64,000 nt of DNA, taken from the NCBI GenBank assembly GCA_047150005.1, contig AP038806.1, positions 3,808,001-3,872,000 of the forward strand, written 5' to 3'. Shown one piece after another: positions 1 to 9,733 of this stretch (position 1 is the first letter of the stretch; the number at the start of each line of letters is the position of its first letter). This DNA is from Nitrospira sp. (lineage in GTDB: Bacteria > Nitrospirota > Nitrospiria > Nitrospirales > Nitrospiraceae). The notes under the pieces were generated by a model, which worked only from the letters and a program-made list of their open reading frames with translations, made no database searches and was not told where the DNA came from. Made by a program: the position numbers and the translations under genes.

Positions 1-138
1 CTCGTGGCGCTCGAGGACGACCGGATGACCACACTCGTGGAAGCCGTGAAGCAATTGCAAGCTGATCTGGTGCACGAACATGCGGGACACCCGGTGCCTT
101 TCAAGGCCTTCCTCCAGCCCTGCGACCCGATCGTGTAA
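1..138 (+). CDS. P-II/SbtB-like protein, C-terminal part (truncated by window edge)
   Basis: Frame 1 reads LVALEDDRMTTLVEAVKQL...VPFKAFLQPCDPIV*, aligning with the C-terminus of 955..1260 (VPLKVFLQPCEVIL*). Confidence 0.7.
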   Translation, partial: LVALEDDRMTTLVEAVKQLQADLVHEHAGHPVPFKAFLQPCDPIV

Positions 139-405
139 CCCGGCGAAAGAGATGGGGCCACGACAGATCGAAAAGGCAGGCGATTCACCATACGCGCATT
201 CAAGACAAAAGGAGGTCCGGACTGTGAACCTTGGAAGGCCTGTTTGGATGTCGACCTGCGTCGTGCTGAGGGTTACACCGTGACGGTAGAGAAAGACGGC
301 TGCGACCTGGTTGCCCAGAAAACGAAATTGGAATAGAGGAGTGGGAGAGAGATGTGACGGGCCTGTCTCAGCCCGTCCAGATCTCTTCTCGCGACTCGTT
401 CTCGG

Positions 406-765
406 TTAGTTCGACGAGCCCCCCGCGAAGCGCAGCGGCTTTTCCCCCGTCAGGTTCTGCGGCTGCACAGTATAGTGGCCGGTCATCGCCGGACTCCAGA
501 TGGCCTTTGCAATGTCCGTATTTCCCCCCGTCATCACCCAGGCGAGTCCTCCCACGATACCGCCCCCGACCGCATACGCGACCTTGACCGCTCCATAGGG
601 CACGGTCGCCAGCCAACTGGCCGCCTGCAATCCTGCTCCTCCCGGAGTTCCCGAGTCGTCCGCGGCGATCGCGGGTTGCCCTTCCACGGCGATGAGCAGC
701 GCAATGGCGGTCATGATCGCGACATCCCGCATGCGCCACATCGATGCACGGTTCTGATCTCTCAT
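406..765 (-). CDS. Hypothetical exported/membrane protein
   Basis: GAGGAG RBS before ATG 765; signal-like N-terminus and Gly-rich hydrophobic segment. Confidence 0.7.
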   Translation of the reverse strand: MRDQNRASMWRMRDVAIMTAIALLIAVEGQPAIAADDSGTPGGAGLQAASWLATVPYGAVKVAYAVGGGIVGGLAWVMTGGNTDIAKAIWSPAMTGHYTVQPQNLTGEKPLRFAGGSSN

Positions 766-954
766 GTGTATCTCCTCGTTGGACTTGGACGGCGATGAAA
801 CAGGCGCATTATATCTCAATGGCGGCGACCGGCAAATGCGGAGTTCTGAGGTTCTTGAAGAACGGCTGCGCGCCGGCTCCATCGCGGACAACGGCGGCGC
901 TGAGGGTTTTGCCTACCGGTGACTGGGCGGGTTGTTTCATATAGGATAGCCAGC

Positions 955-1260
955 ATGAAGATGCTCACCATTATCTGCCGAGAGCGGTTGCAGGATGCCG
1001 TGGTCCAGGTTCTCAACGGTGCCGGCGTCAAAGGCTACACGGTGATGTCCGGACTGGGTGGAAAAGGCCTCACGGGAACGGTCTCGGAATACAGCTGGAT
1101 GGCGGATCGTAACGTGTCGATCATGACGGCGATCGACGACCAGCAGGTGACGCCGATCACACAGGCGGTGAAGCACCTGTATCTGCGGGAGGTCGAAAAG
1201 CGCGCGGGAGAGGAAGTCCCGCTCAAAGTCTTTCTCCAACCCTGCGAGGTGATTCTCTAA
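955..1260 (+). CDS. P-II-like (SbtB/GlnB fold) signalling protein
   Basis: 101 aa; MKMLTII...GVKGYTV..GLGGKG pattern typical of the P-II superfamily. Confidence 0.75.
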   Translation: MKMLTIICRERLQDAVVQVLNGAGVKGYTVMSGLGGKGLTGTVSEYSWMADRNVSIMTAIDDQQVTPITQAVKHLYLREVEKRAGEEVPLKVFLQPCEVIL

Positions 1261-1500
1261 GAATGGCAAACCGATCCACTACCCAATGATCAGAGAGGTT
1301 GACGCCGCGGCTTCCATCCTGTACTGTGAAGCCACATCCCGTGCTCGTAGTGGTCCGGCGAGCGGGAGACTGAATCAATACGGATCTCGCGATCGCATCG
1401 CGGCCAGGTCCTGTTCGGAGCGGACTCTCCTCTTCGCGATCTGCCTCCCCTCGGTTCTCTGATCTTCGTGACTATGCGATCCAACTGAAAGGATAGTGTC

Positions 1501-2730
1501 GTGCAGACGACTGTTCACACGAGTTTTCACGCCCTCGGTTTGTCCGAGGCACTGCTTGGAGACCTGACTCAAGCGGGTTTCCTTCATCCTACGGCCATTC
1601 AGGCCGAGGCCATTCCCCACGCGCTCGCGGGACGCGACGTGCTGGGCTGCGCGCAAACCGGGACGGGCAAGACCGGGGCCTTCGTGATTCCACTGATCGA
1701 ACGCCTGGCGGCGAATCCCACAGATCACCCGCGCGGCCTGATTTTGGCGCCGACGCGAGAGCTGGCGATGCAGATTCAGCACACCATCGATCGCCTCGGC
1801 AAGCACATGCGGATCTTTGCAACCACGTTGGTCGGCGGCGCGGACATGCCGGCGCAGGTGCGGGGACTTCGCCAGCGACCGAACATTCTGGTCGCCACGC
1901 CCGGGCGCCTGCTGGACCATATGTGGAACGGCACCGTAAATCTGCTGCTGATCGACATGTTGGTGCTGGACGAGGCCGACCGGATGCTGGATATGGGGTT
2001 TGCGCCGCAGATCAATCAAATTCTGGATGCCTTGCCGGAACAGCGGCAAACGCTCTTGTTCTCCGCCACCTTACCGACGGACCTGACGCGACTGGTTGAG
2101 GCGAATGTGAAGGATCCGGTCCGTGTCATGGTGACGCCTTCTGCGACGACGGCCGACGGCGTCACGCAGTTGCTCCATCACACCTCGCATGATGGGAAGA
2201 CGGGACTGCTGATCTCGCTGCTCCGAAACGAAACGGAGACGGTCCTCGTTTTTACGGGGACGAAGCACCGCGCCGACCGCCTGGGCCGGGTGCTGGACCA
2301 GGCCGGACACAAGGTCGCCGTGTTGCACGGAGACCGGAACCTCTCACAGAGACGGGCGGCGCTGGAAGGGTTCAAACGCGGGACATTCCGCGTCCTGGTG
2401 GCGACGGATATCGCCGCTCGCGGCATCGATGTGGCGAACATCGGGCATGTCGTGAACTACGATCTTCCGCACTGCCCTGAAGACTACGTCCATCGAATCG
2501 GGCGCACGGCCCGTATGAAGACCACCGGGAGAGCGACGAGCTTTGTCACGGCCGACGATCGGGAACAACTCCGGGCGATCGAACAGTTACTCGGTCAATC
2601 GGTCCCTGTCGCAGCGGGAAGCCCGGCGTCAACCTCCGTCGGTTCCGGTTCGACACCGAGACCGGCTCAGCATCGACAGGGAAGGCACCGGAGACGATCC
2701 GGCTTCCAGCCGAATCTTCCCTGCGCCTGA
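1501..2730 (+). CDS. rhlE: DEAD-box RNA helicase (RhlE-like)
   Basis: Q motif, AQTGTGKT, PTRELA, DEAD, SAT, ARGID, HRIGRTAR. Confidence 0.92.
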   Translation: MQTTVHTSFHALGLSEALLGDLTQAGFLHPTAIQAEAIPHALAGRDVLGCAQTGTGKTGAFVIPLIERLAANPTDHPRGLILAPTRELAMQIQHTIDRLGKHMRIFATTLVGGADMPAQVRGLRQRPNILVATPGRLLDHMWNGTVNLLLIDMLVLDEADRMLDMGFAPQINQILDALPEQRQTLLFSATLPTDLTRLVEANVKDPVRVMVTPSATTADGVTQLLHHTSHDGKTGLLISLLRNETETVLVFTGTKHRADRLGRVLDQAGHKVAVLHGDRNLSQRRAALEGFKRGTFRVLVATDIAARGIDVANIGHVVNYDLPHCPEDYVHRIGRTARMKTTGRATSFVTADDREQLRAIEQLLGQSVPVAAGSPASTSVGSGSTPRPAQHRQGRHRRRSGFQPNLPCA

Positions 2731-2742
2731 GGCGGTCCCCCG

Positions 2743-2767
2743 GCGGCCCCGCTTCCAACGGGGCCGC
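2743..2767 (+). terminator. GC-rich hairpin after the helicase
   Basis: gcggccccg / cggggccgc 9-bp stem, no clear U-tract. Confidence 0.3.
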
Positions 2768-2976
2768 TCGATGGGTCCCCCTTCTGCGCGCGTTGTCTCG
2801 CGCTCCCTGTGCGGAGCACGATGACGCGGCGCGTCAATCAACCGTTCCCGAGTCGCGTGATATCCGGTCACAGATCGTGACCGGTTTCAGCCGTCGCCGC
2901 TGCATGGGATGGCGGGGTGGTATAGCCGCGGCCATCGCCTTTGTGGTACCTGTACACGTCAGTCGAGAAGCATCCA

Positions 2977-4410
2977 ATGGACCCCGCCGAGCTGCTCAGA
3001 CTCCCTCTGTTCGCCGATCTGTCTCCCGATGAACGGGCCTGCCTCGATCAAGGCGAAACCATCTCCATTCCGACCGGAACCATGATCGCCCGGGAAGGCG
3101 AACCGGTGGAGTACTTCTACGTGATCCTCGAGGGCGAAATCCGCATCAGCAAGAACTACGACAGCCAAGAGGTGGTGCTGGCGGTCCACACGGCTGGAAA
3201 GTTCTTCGGTGAAGTGCCCTTGCTGTTGGACATGCCGTACTTCATCGACGGCCAGGCGCGAACCGCCTGCCGGCTCTTGCGGTATACAAGGGAGCAGTTC
3301 TGGTCCCTGATGCGCACATGTCCATCGGTGGCGAAGGAAGTCTTGCGAACCATGGCGGCGCGACTGCGAGGTCTGGAGGGCTACTCGCAGCAACGTGAAA
3401 AGCTCGTCTCGCTCGGGACCATGGCGGCCGGCCTCGCGCATGAACTAAACAATCCGGCTGCCGCGGCACGCCGGGCCGCTGCTGACTTACTCACCGTCGC
3501 AGGCGGCTTTCCCGCACTCGCCTGTCGTTTGAATCAGCAGCAGCTCTCCACCGCACAGTCCGAGGCGGTCGCAAGGATCCAGCGCGAGATTGCCTCTTGT
3601 CCTCGTCCCACAGTGCCACTAGATCCGCTGACCAGGAGCGATCGGGAGGAAGAGATCATGAGGTGGCTTGAGCAGCATCGCATCCCCGATCCATGGACAC
3701 TGGCCGGTATCCTGGTCGGCGCAGGGCTCGATCGCGCGTGGCTGGAGGGGATCGGGAAGCAGTTTCCCGAGGAGGCGATCGGCGCCGTGCTGGGATGGAT
3801 GACCGGCACCCTGTCGCTGCAGGACTTGACCCAACAGGTCGAGCGAAGCACCAGCCGCATCGCGGAACTGGTCAACGCGGTGAAATCCTATTCGTACGAA
3901 GGCCGCGCCCCCGTTCAGGATATCGATATCCACGAAGGGCTCGAGAGCACACTCACCATGTTGTCCCATAAGCTCAAAGGCGTCACGCTGCAACGAGAGT
4001 ATGATCGGTCGCTCCCGCCCATTCCAGCCCACGGGAATGAGCTCAATCAGGTGTGGACGAATCTCATCGACAATGCGATCGATGCGGTGAGCGGACGGGG
4101 AGAGGTCCGCATCTGCACGAGCCGGGAGGACAATCATGTCCTGGTGGAGATTCACGACAACGGGGCGGGGATCCCGGACAATGTCCAGCGGCACATCTTT
4201 GAGCCGTTCTTTACGACGAAGGGAGTCGGAAAAGGCACCGGACTCGGACTGATCATCAGTTATCGCATCGTGACCGATCGCCACGGAGGAGAGATTGAAT
4301 TTGAATCGGCGCCGGGGCGCACGGTGTTTTGGGTCCGCCTCCCGATGACGCGCAAGCCGAGCAGCGAGCCGCCCCAAAGCGCGGCGGGTCTGACGGAGGG
4401 CCCACCGTGA
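2977..4410 (+). CDS. Cyclic-nucleotide-binding domain sensor histidine kinase (cytoplasmic)
   Basis: N-terminal cNMP domain (FFGEVPLL), H-box AHELNNP, N-box NLIDNAIDA, DNGAGI, FEPFFTTK, GTGLGL; no TM segments. Confidence 0.93.
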   Translation: MDPAELLRLPLFADLSPDERACLDQGETISIPTGTMIAREGEPVEYFYVILEGEIRISKNYDSQEVVLAVHTAGKFFGEVPLLLDMPYFIDGQARTACRLLRYTREQFWSLMRTCPSVAKEVLRTMAARLRGLEGYSQQREKLVSLGTMAAGLAHELNNPAAAARRAAADLLTVAGGFPALACRLNQQQLSTAQSEAVARIQREIASCPRPTVPLDPLTRSDREEEIMRWLEQHRIPDPWTLAGILVGAGLDRAWLEGIGKQFPEEAIGAVLGWMTGTLSLQDLTQQVERSTSRIAELVNAVKSYSYEGRAPVQDIDIHEGLESTLTMLSHKLKGVTLQREYDRSLPPIPAHGNELNQVWTNLIDNAIDAVSGRGEVRICTSREDNHVLVEIHDNGAGIPDNVQRHIFEPFFTTKGVGKGTGLGLIISYRIVTDRHGGEIEFESAPGRTVFWVRLPMTRKPSSEPPQSAAGLTEGPP

Positions 4411-6065
4411 AACCTTTCCTGGTCACGGTGGACGATGATCCCGAAGTTTCGCGCGCGGTCGAGCGAGATCTCCGCCGCAAGTATGGGGAGCAGTACCGGG
4501 TCCTCCGGGCTGAGTCGGGGGTGGACGCGCTCGCCTCGCTGGAACAACTCACGCTTCGTAACGACACGATCGCCCTCTTCCTGGTCGATCAGCGCATGCC
4601 CCAGATGACCGGCGTCGAGTTCTTAGCGAAAGCCATCCTGCTCTATCCCGACGCGAAGCGAGTGTTGCTGACCGCCTATGCCGATACGGATGCGGCCATT
4701 CGCGCCATCAACGACGCGCAGGTCGATTACTATTTGATGAAGCCCTGGCACCCTCCGGAGGAACGTTTGTATCCGATCATCGATGAGCTCCTGGACGACT
4801 GGCATGGCTCGTTCAAGATCCCGTTCCAGGGGATTCGGATGTTGGGACACCGCTGGTCGCCCCACACCCACCAGATCAAGGAATTCCTGGCGAAGAACCA
4901 AGTGCCCTATCAGTGGCTGGACATCGAGAAAGATACCGAGGCACGTCCGCTGCTCCAGTCGGCCCATGCCGGTGAAGACCGGCTGCCGGTGGTGGTGTTT
5001 CCCGACGGGTCGTCCCTGATTCAACCGACGACGTTCCAAATCGCGGAGAAGGTCGGCTTCCGGATGAAAGCCGAGCAACCGCTTTATGACCTCATCGTCA
5101 TCGGAGCGGGACCGGCCGGGTTGGCCGCCGCAGTCTACGGCGGTTCCGAAGGGCTCAAGACGGTCTTGATCGAACGGGAAGCGCCGGGTGGACAGGCCGG
5201 CATGAGCTCACGCATCGAAAACTATTTGGGGTTCCCGGCCGGCCTCAGCGGCCAGGATCTCGCACGGCGGGCCTTGACGCAAGCCCAGCGATTCGGCGTG
5301 GAACTGTTGAATCCTCAGGAGGCCGTCGGTCTCCGTGTGGCAGGCCCGGCGCGGATCGTCACGCTGGCCGACGGCAGTGAGCTCAGCGGGAAGACCGTCC
5401 TCATCACGACCGGCGTCTCCTATCGCACGCTCAACGTGCCGGGGGTGGCACAATTGACCGGTGCCGGGGTCTACTATGGCGCCGGCATGACGGAAGCGCT
5501 CGCGTCCAAAGGCGAGGACGTCTATATCATCGGCGGGGCAAATTCCGCCGGTCAGGCGGCCGTCTACTTTGCGCGGTACGCCCGCCAAGTGACGATGCTC
5601 GTGCGCGGCGACTCCCTCACCGCCACCATGTCGCACTATTTGATCGAGCGCCTCAAACAGACGCCGAACATCGTGGTGGAAACCAGCGTGGAGGTGTCCG
5701 AGGCCTGTGGTACAGTGCGGCTCGAGTCGCTGGTGCTTCACCACACCAAGGCCAAGGACCGCCGCACAGTGCAAGCCCAGTCTCTGTTCATTCTCATCGG
5801 CGCGCTGCCGCATACCGACTGGCTCGGGGAGAGCGTCCTTCGCGATGAGCACGGGTTTATCGTGTCCGGGCCTGATCTGTTGCAGGATGGCTGTCTGCCG
5901 GCAGGCTGGCCGCTCGAACGAGTGCCCTATTTATTCGAGACCAGCGTGCCGGGCATCTTCGTCGCCGGCGATGCGCGGTCCGGCTCAATCAAGCGTGTGG
6001 CGTCCGGTGTGGGTGAAGGGACCATCGCGGAAAAGATGATCGAGCGTTACTTGGAGGAAGTCTGA
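4407..6065 (+). CDS. Response regulator receiver / thioredoxin-reductase-like flavoprotein fusion
   Basis: GTG start overlaps kinase stop (GTGA); REC domain (VDDD, DQRMP, LTAY, KPW) then GAGPAG FAD motif, GGANSA, GIFVAGD. Confidence 0.9.
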   Translation: MKPFLVTVDDDPEVSRAVERDLRRKYGEQYRVLRAESGVDALASLEQLTLRNDTIALFLVDQRMPQMTGVEFLAKAILLYPDAKRVLLTAYADTDAAIRAINDAQVDYYLMKPWHPPEERLYPIIDELLDDWHGSFKIPFQGIRMLGHRWSPHTHQIKEFLAKNQVPYQWLDIEKDTEARPLLQSAHAGEDRLPVVVFPDGSSLIQPTTFQIAEKVGFRMKAEQPLYDLIVIGAGPAGLAAAVYGGSEGLKTVLIEREAPGGQAGMSSRIENYLGFPAGLSGQDLARRALTQAQRFGVELLNPQEAVGLRVAGPARIVTLADGSELSGKTVLITTGVSYRTLNVPGVAQLTGAGVYYGAGMTEALASKGEDVYIIGGANSAGQAAVYFARYARQVTMLVRGDSLTATMSHYLIERLKQTPNIVVETSVEVSEACGTVRLESLVLHHTKAKDRRTVQAQSLFILIGALPHTDWLGESVLRDEHGFIVSGPDLLQDGCLPAGWPLERVPYLFETSVPGIFVAGDARSGSIKRVASGVGEGTIAEKMIERYLEEV

Positions 6066-6076
6066 GGAGAGACACG

Positions 6077-6619
6077 ATGGCCGAGCCGCATGCTCAGCAG
6101 CCTGACCTCTCGATTACGGAGCAGGATCACGTGCAAGGGGAAGCAGCGGCTCCGTTCACCCTTGTGGAATACGGCGACTTCGAATGCCCCTACACCAGGG
6201 AAGCGCTCAAGACGGTTGAAGCCTTGCAGCGTGACTTCGGTCAGGAGCTCCGATTCGTGTTTCGGCATTTTCCTCTGTCAGCGAAGCATCACCATGCCCT
6301 TCAGGCCGCCGAAGCGGCGGAAGCGGCCGCCGCAGAAGGACAGTTTTGGGCGATGTATGCCATGTTGTTCGCTCATCAATGGGAACTGGAATACGGAGAT
6401 CTGCTGGACTATGCGGGCAGGATCGGACTGGACCGAACGCGGTTCGGCGAGGCCCTCACGACACATCGTCATTTCGACCGCATCCGCGTGGATGTCGCCA
6501 CCGGCCGCCGGTACGGCGTGACGGGGACGCCGACCTTTTTCGTCAACGGCCGTCGGCAGGACGGAGATGACGACCTCCGTTCGATGTCAGCCGCGATCCG
6601 CCACGCGCTGAAGCGATAA
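6077..6619 (+). CDS. DsbA-like thioredoxin-fold protein
   Basis: EYGDFECPYT, FRHFPL, GVTGTPTFFVNG. Confidence 0.88.
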   Translation: MAEPHAQQPDLSITEQDHVQGEAAAPFTLVEYGDFECPYTREALKTVEALQRDFGQELRFVFRHFPLSAKHHHALQAAEAAEAAAAEGQFWAMYAMLFAHQWELEYGDLLDYAGRIGLDRTRFGEALTTHRHFDRIRVDVATGRRYGVTGTPTFFVNGRRQDGDDDLRSMSAAIRHALKR

Positions 6620-6634
6620 GAGGCCCATCACGCC

Positions 6635-7609
6635 ATGCAACAGGCACTGGAATTTTTGCTCCGGCATATCGAGTTGGTGGTGTTTTTGACCGTTCTGGCC
6701 GAACAGATCGGTGTGCCCATCCCGGCCATTCCGGTCCTGCTCGCCGCCGGAGCCGTTGCCGGAGACGGGCAGGCGCATCTCGCCGTGCTGACCGGCCTCT
6801 CCGTGGCCGGCTGTCTGCTGGGCGACATGGTCTGGTATGAACTCGGCCGTCACCGCGGGCGGCAGGCGCTTAATCTGTTGTGCCGGATTGCGCTTGAGCC
6901 GGACGCCTGTGTCCGGCGCACCGAAACCTTCTTTGTCGCCCATGGAATCCGGGCACTGATCCTGTCCAAGTTCGTCCCCGGGTTGAGCACGCTCGCGCCG
7001 GCGTTGGCCGGGCTCTTCAAAATCTCGATCGGACGATTCCTCCTGTTCAACGGCGCCGGAGCACTGCTCTGGAGCCTATCGTTCCTGCTGGTCGGCTATG
7101 TGTTCAGCAATCAGATCGGCTATGTGGCCGAACTGGCCATGCGGTTCGGAGAAGCCGCGGGCGCCCTGCTGGCCGGAGGCCTGGCCGCCTATGTCCTCTA
7201 TAAATATCTGCATCGGCAAAAGCTGCTGAGGGAACTCCGTGTCGCTCGGATCACCCCGGCCGAGCTGAAGCAACTCATGGACGAGGGCCATCGATCGGTG
7301 GTCGTCGATCTCCGGGGCAGCCTGGACCATGTAGCCGACCCTTATACCATCCCGGGCTCCCTACGCATCCCCGCCGAAGCCCTCGAGCAACGCCATCACG
7401 ATATTCCGCGAGACCGGGACGTCATCTTGTTCTGTGCCTGTCCGAATGAAGCCACGGCGGCGAGAATGGCATTGATGTTGAAGCGTAAGGGGATCAGGCG
7501 CGTCCGCCCGCTCTTGGGCGGCATCGATGAGTGGCGCCAACTGGCCTATCCGCTTGAATTGGTGGTTTCGAAGGAAAGCGACATCATCACCGCCGAGATC
7601 GCGAGATAG
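6635..7609 (+). CDS. DedA/VTT membrane protein with C-terminal rhodanese domain
   Basis: GD..WY..GR and KFVPG DedA motifs; rhodanese FCACPNEATAA, LLGGIDEW. Confidence 0.9.
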   Translation: MQQALEFLLRHIELVVFLTVLAEQIGVPIPAIPVLLAAGAVAGDGQAHLAVLTGLSVAGCLLGDMVWYELGRHRGRQALNLLCRIALEPDACVRRTETFFVAHGIRALILSKFVPGLSTLAPALAGLFKISIGRFLLFNGAGALLWSLSFLLVGYVFSNQIGYVAELAMRFGEAAGALLAGGLAAYVLYKYLHRQKLLRELRVARITPAELKQLMDEGHRSVVVDLRGSLDHVADPYTIPGSLRIPAEALEQRHHDIPRDRDVILFCACPNEATAARMALMLKRKGIRRVRPLLGGIDEWRQLAYPLELVVSKESDIITAEIAR

Positions 7610-7679
7610 GGATGAAACGCAACAGGCATCCGGTTTTGAAAGGAGACAATGAGCGAGCTCGGACGGCTCATGTATTTGT

Positions 7680-8375
7680 CTACCAGGGGATGGGCTTGCG
7701 CTCTTTGACGAACTGACCCGTCAGTGAGATCGGCGCTTCAGTTGCCAACCATACGATCGTGTCGGCACCTTCCTCGGCGGAACGTGGCGCCTCGCTCCCT
7801 CCCATATCCGTTCGGACCCAGCCGGGGCACGCAGCATTGACCGCGATGCTCGAAGCTTTCAGTGCAGCCGCGAACTGACCGGTCACGCCGTTGAGCGCCG
7901 TCTTCGAGATGCTATAAGCCGGGGCCCACGTGTCCATGTCACTTAATTGGCCTGCCCCGCTCGAGACATTGATAATCCGAGCCGATGAGCTCTTGCGGAG
8001 CAGCGGCAGAAATGCCTGAGTCACGAGCAGCGCCCCGATCGTATTGGTCTCAAACATCCGCCGCAGTCGCTCGGAGGGTAAGTCAACGATGGAACCTTCG
8101 TCGGGGTCCAAAATCCCAGCATTGTTGATGAGGACATCCAGATGATCCACGGCCTGCGAGACGACGCGGAAGGCAGCCTCGATGCTGATCCGGCTGGTGA
8201 CGTCGAGTGGAACCGGTACGACCAAGGAGTCCATGGAAGAAGCCGCTCTCCGGACTGCGGCGAGCGAGCGACCGGTCAAAAACACCCGCCAGTTCCGTGC
8301 CGTCAATTGCCGGACGACCTCGAGCCCGATGCCCTTGTTGGCGCCTGTGACCAGAGCGATGCCGGACATAGACAA
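7680..8375 (-). CDS. SDR family oxidoreductase (carbonyl reductase-like)
   Basis: TGANKGIG, NNAG, YSISK, CPGWVRTDMGG. Confidence 0.92.
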   Translation of the reverse strand: MSMSGIALVTGANKGIGLEVVRQLTARNWRVFLTGRSLAAVRRAASSMDSLVVPVPLDVTSRISIEAAFRVVSQAVDHLDVLINNAGILDPDEGSIVDLPSERLRRMFETNTIGALLVTQAFLPLLRKSSSARIINVSSGAGQLSDMDTWAPAYSISKTALNGVTGQFAAALKASSIAVNAACPGWVRTDMGGSEAPRSAEEGADTIVWLATEAPISLTGQFVKERKPIPW

Positions 8376-8464
8376 AGTCTCCGCTCATTCCTTGTCCATT
8401 TCGTTCATTATACTGCAGTTTTCTCTTTTTCCGCGCCCGTCGCTTCGCGTACCATTTCTTGTGT

Positions 8465-9346
8465 ATGGCTGATCAGGGAGCGCAACTGACACCCGGCGCC
8501 TTGCTGGCCGCGCTGCTGGAACGGACGGAGCACGCACGCTGTTCCGGCGCGCTCCACACCTTGCGGACGACCTTGGAGGTCATCGAACAGGATGGGATCG
8601 CGTTCCAGGTCCGGATCCTGGGATCTTTGGCCAGGAAAGAACCGGCCGCAGCCGCCCGCCCGAACACCGACCCGTTTCTTCTCTATGATCCCAACCTGTT
8701 CGTCGCACCGATTTCGCCGACGCATATCGCCCTATTGAACAAGTTCAACGTGGTCGAGCGGCACCTGCTGATCGTCACCCGAGCATTCGAAGATCAGCGA
8801 TGTCAACTCACGCAGAAAGACTGCGAGGCCGTGCTGATCGCTCTCACGGAGATCGATGGACTGGCCTTCTATAACGCGGGGCGAGAGGCTGGAGCGAGCC
8901 AGTCGCACAAACATTTTCAATTGTTACCGTTCGACGCGATCGGGCCGCTGCCACTCGAGCCGCTGTTTCGCTTCGCACATCCCGAGGACATGGTCGGCAC
9001 CGTGCCGCGCCTTCCCTTCCGCCATGCCTATGCCCCGATGGATGCGGACTGGACGAATCCGGAAAAAGTCAGCGGCGCGTCCTTCCATGCCTGCTACCGC
9101 CGATTACTTCATGCAGTGGGTCTGGCTGTTGATGCCGCCCCAGGGAGCCATGCGCCGGCCGCTCCGTACAACCTCCTCATGACCCGGAAGTGGGCGTTGC
9201 TCGTGCCGCGATCGCAAGAATGCGTCGAAGACATCTCCATCAATGCGTTGGGCTTCGCGGGGACGTTCCTCGTCAAGGATAGGCGCCAGTTCGAGACGTT
9301 GCGACGGATCGGGCCCCTTACCGCCCTTCACCAGGTGACCACTTAA
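8465..9346 (+). CDS. ATP adenylyltransferase / Ap4A phosphorylase family
   Basis: DPFL, LLNKFNV, FYNAG..AGASQSHKHFQ, INALGFAG. Confidence 0.85.
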   Translation: MADQGAQLTPGALLAALLERTEHARCSGALHTLRTTLEVIEQDGIAFQVRILGSLARKEPAAAARPNTDPFLLYDPNLFVAPISPTHIALLNKFNVVERHLLIVTRAFEDQRCQLTQKDCEAVLIALTEIDGLAFYNAGREAGASQSHKHFQLLPFDAIGPLPLEPLFRFAHPEDMVGTVPRLPFRHAYAPMDADWTNPEKVSGASFHACYRRLLHAVGLAVDAAPGSHAPAAPYNLLMTRKWALLVPRSQECVEDISINALGFAGTFLVKDRRQFETLRRIGPLTALHQVTT

Positions 9347-9430
9347 CTCGGCAGCATTTGAGAGGCCCGCAACCATTGGCCGGCTCGTTCCGGCTCGGAG
9401 CGCTCGGAAAACCCCCAGGCTTGAACACTC

Positions 9431-9459
9431 TTGACCGGTCTCTCACCGGAGCGTAGAGT
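9431..9459 (+). promoter_or_regulatory. Putative sigma70 promoter
   Basis: TTGACC-17 bp-TAGAGT. Confidence 0.45.
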
Positions 9460-9733
9460 AAGTGGTCTCTCGACGCGACCTCATTATTTTGGAGGTGGTC
9501 GCCATGATCCTCCGTGGAACCAGGATCCAACGGAACGGACATGGCGAGTGCGGCCTTTCTCCTGCTCGAACTCGTTCTTACAACAAGCGAACGCGGCTCT
9601 GCTCCCGAGTAATGACACGGGACGCCACGAGCCTCGCCATTCCTGACCAACAACCGTTTCATGTCGTGTGCGCCGGACGCCGGGCGGCGCGGTTGCCGCG
9701 CGCCGACCTGCCGGAAGGCGAAAGGAGGTCGTG

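Noticed and set aside
139..336. Open frame continuing after the P-II-like stop (TTDRKGRFTI...)
   Set aside because: No convincing start or RBS in frame and no recognisable family; at most a gene remnant
7640..7708. AGGAGA RBS + ATG 7649 opening a 19-codon ORF into the SDR 3' end
   Set aside because: Too short, antisense-overlapping and without homology cues
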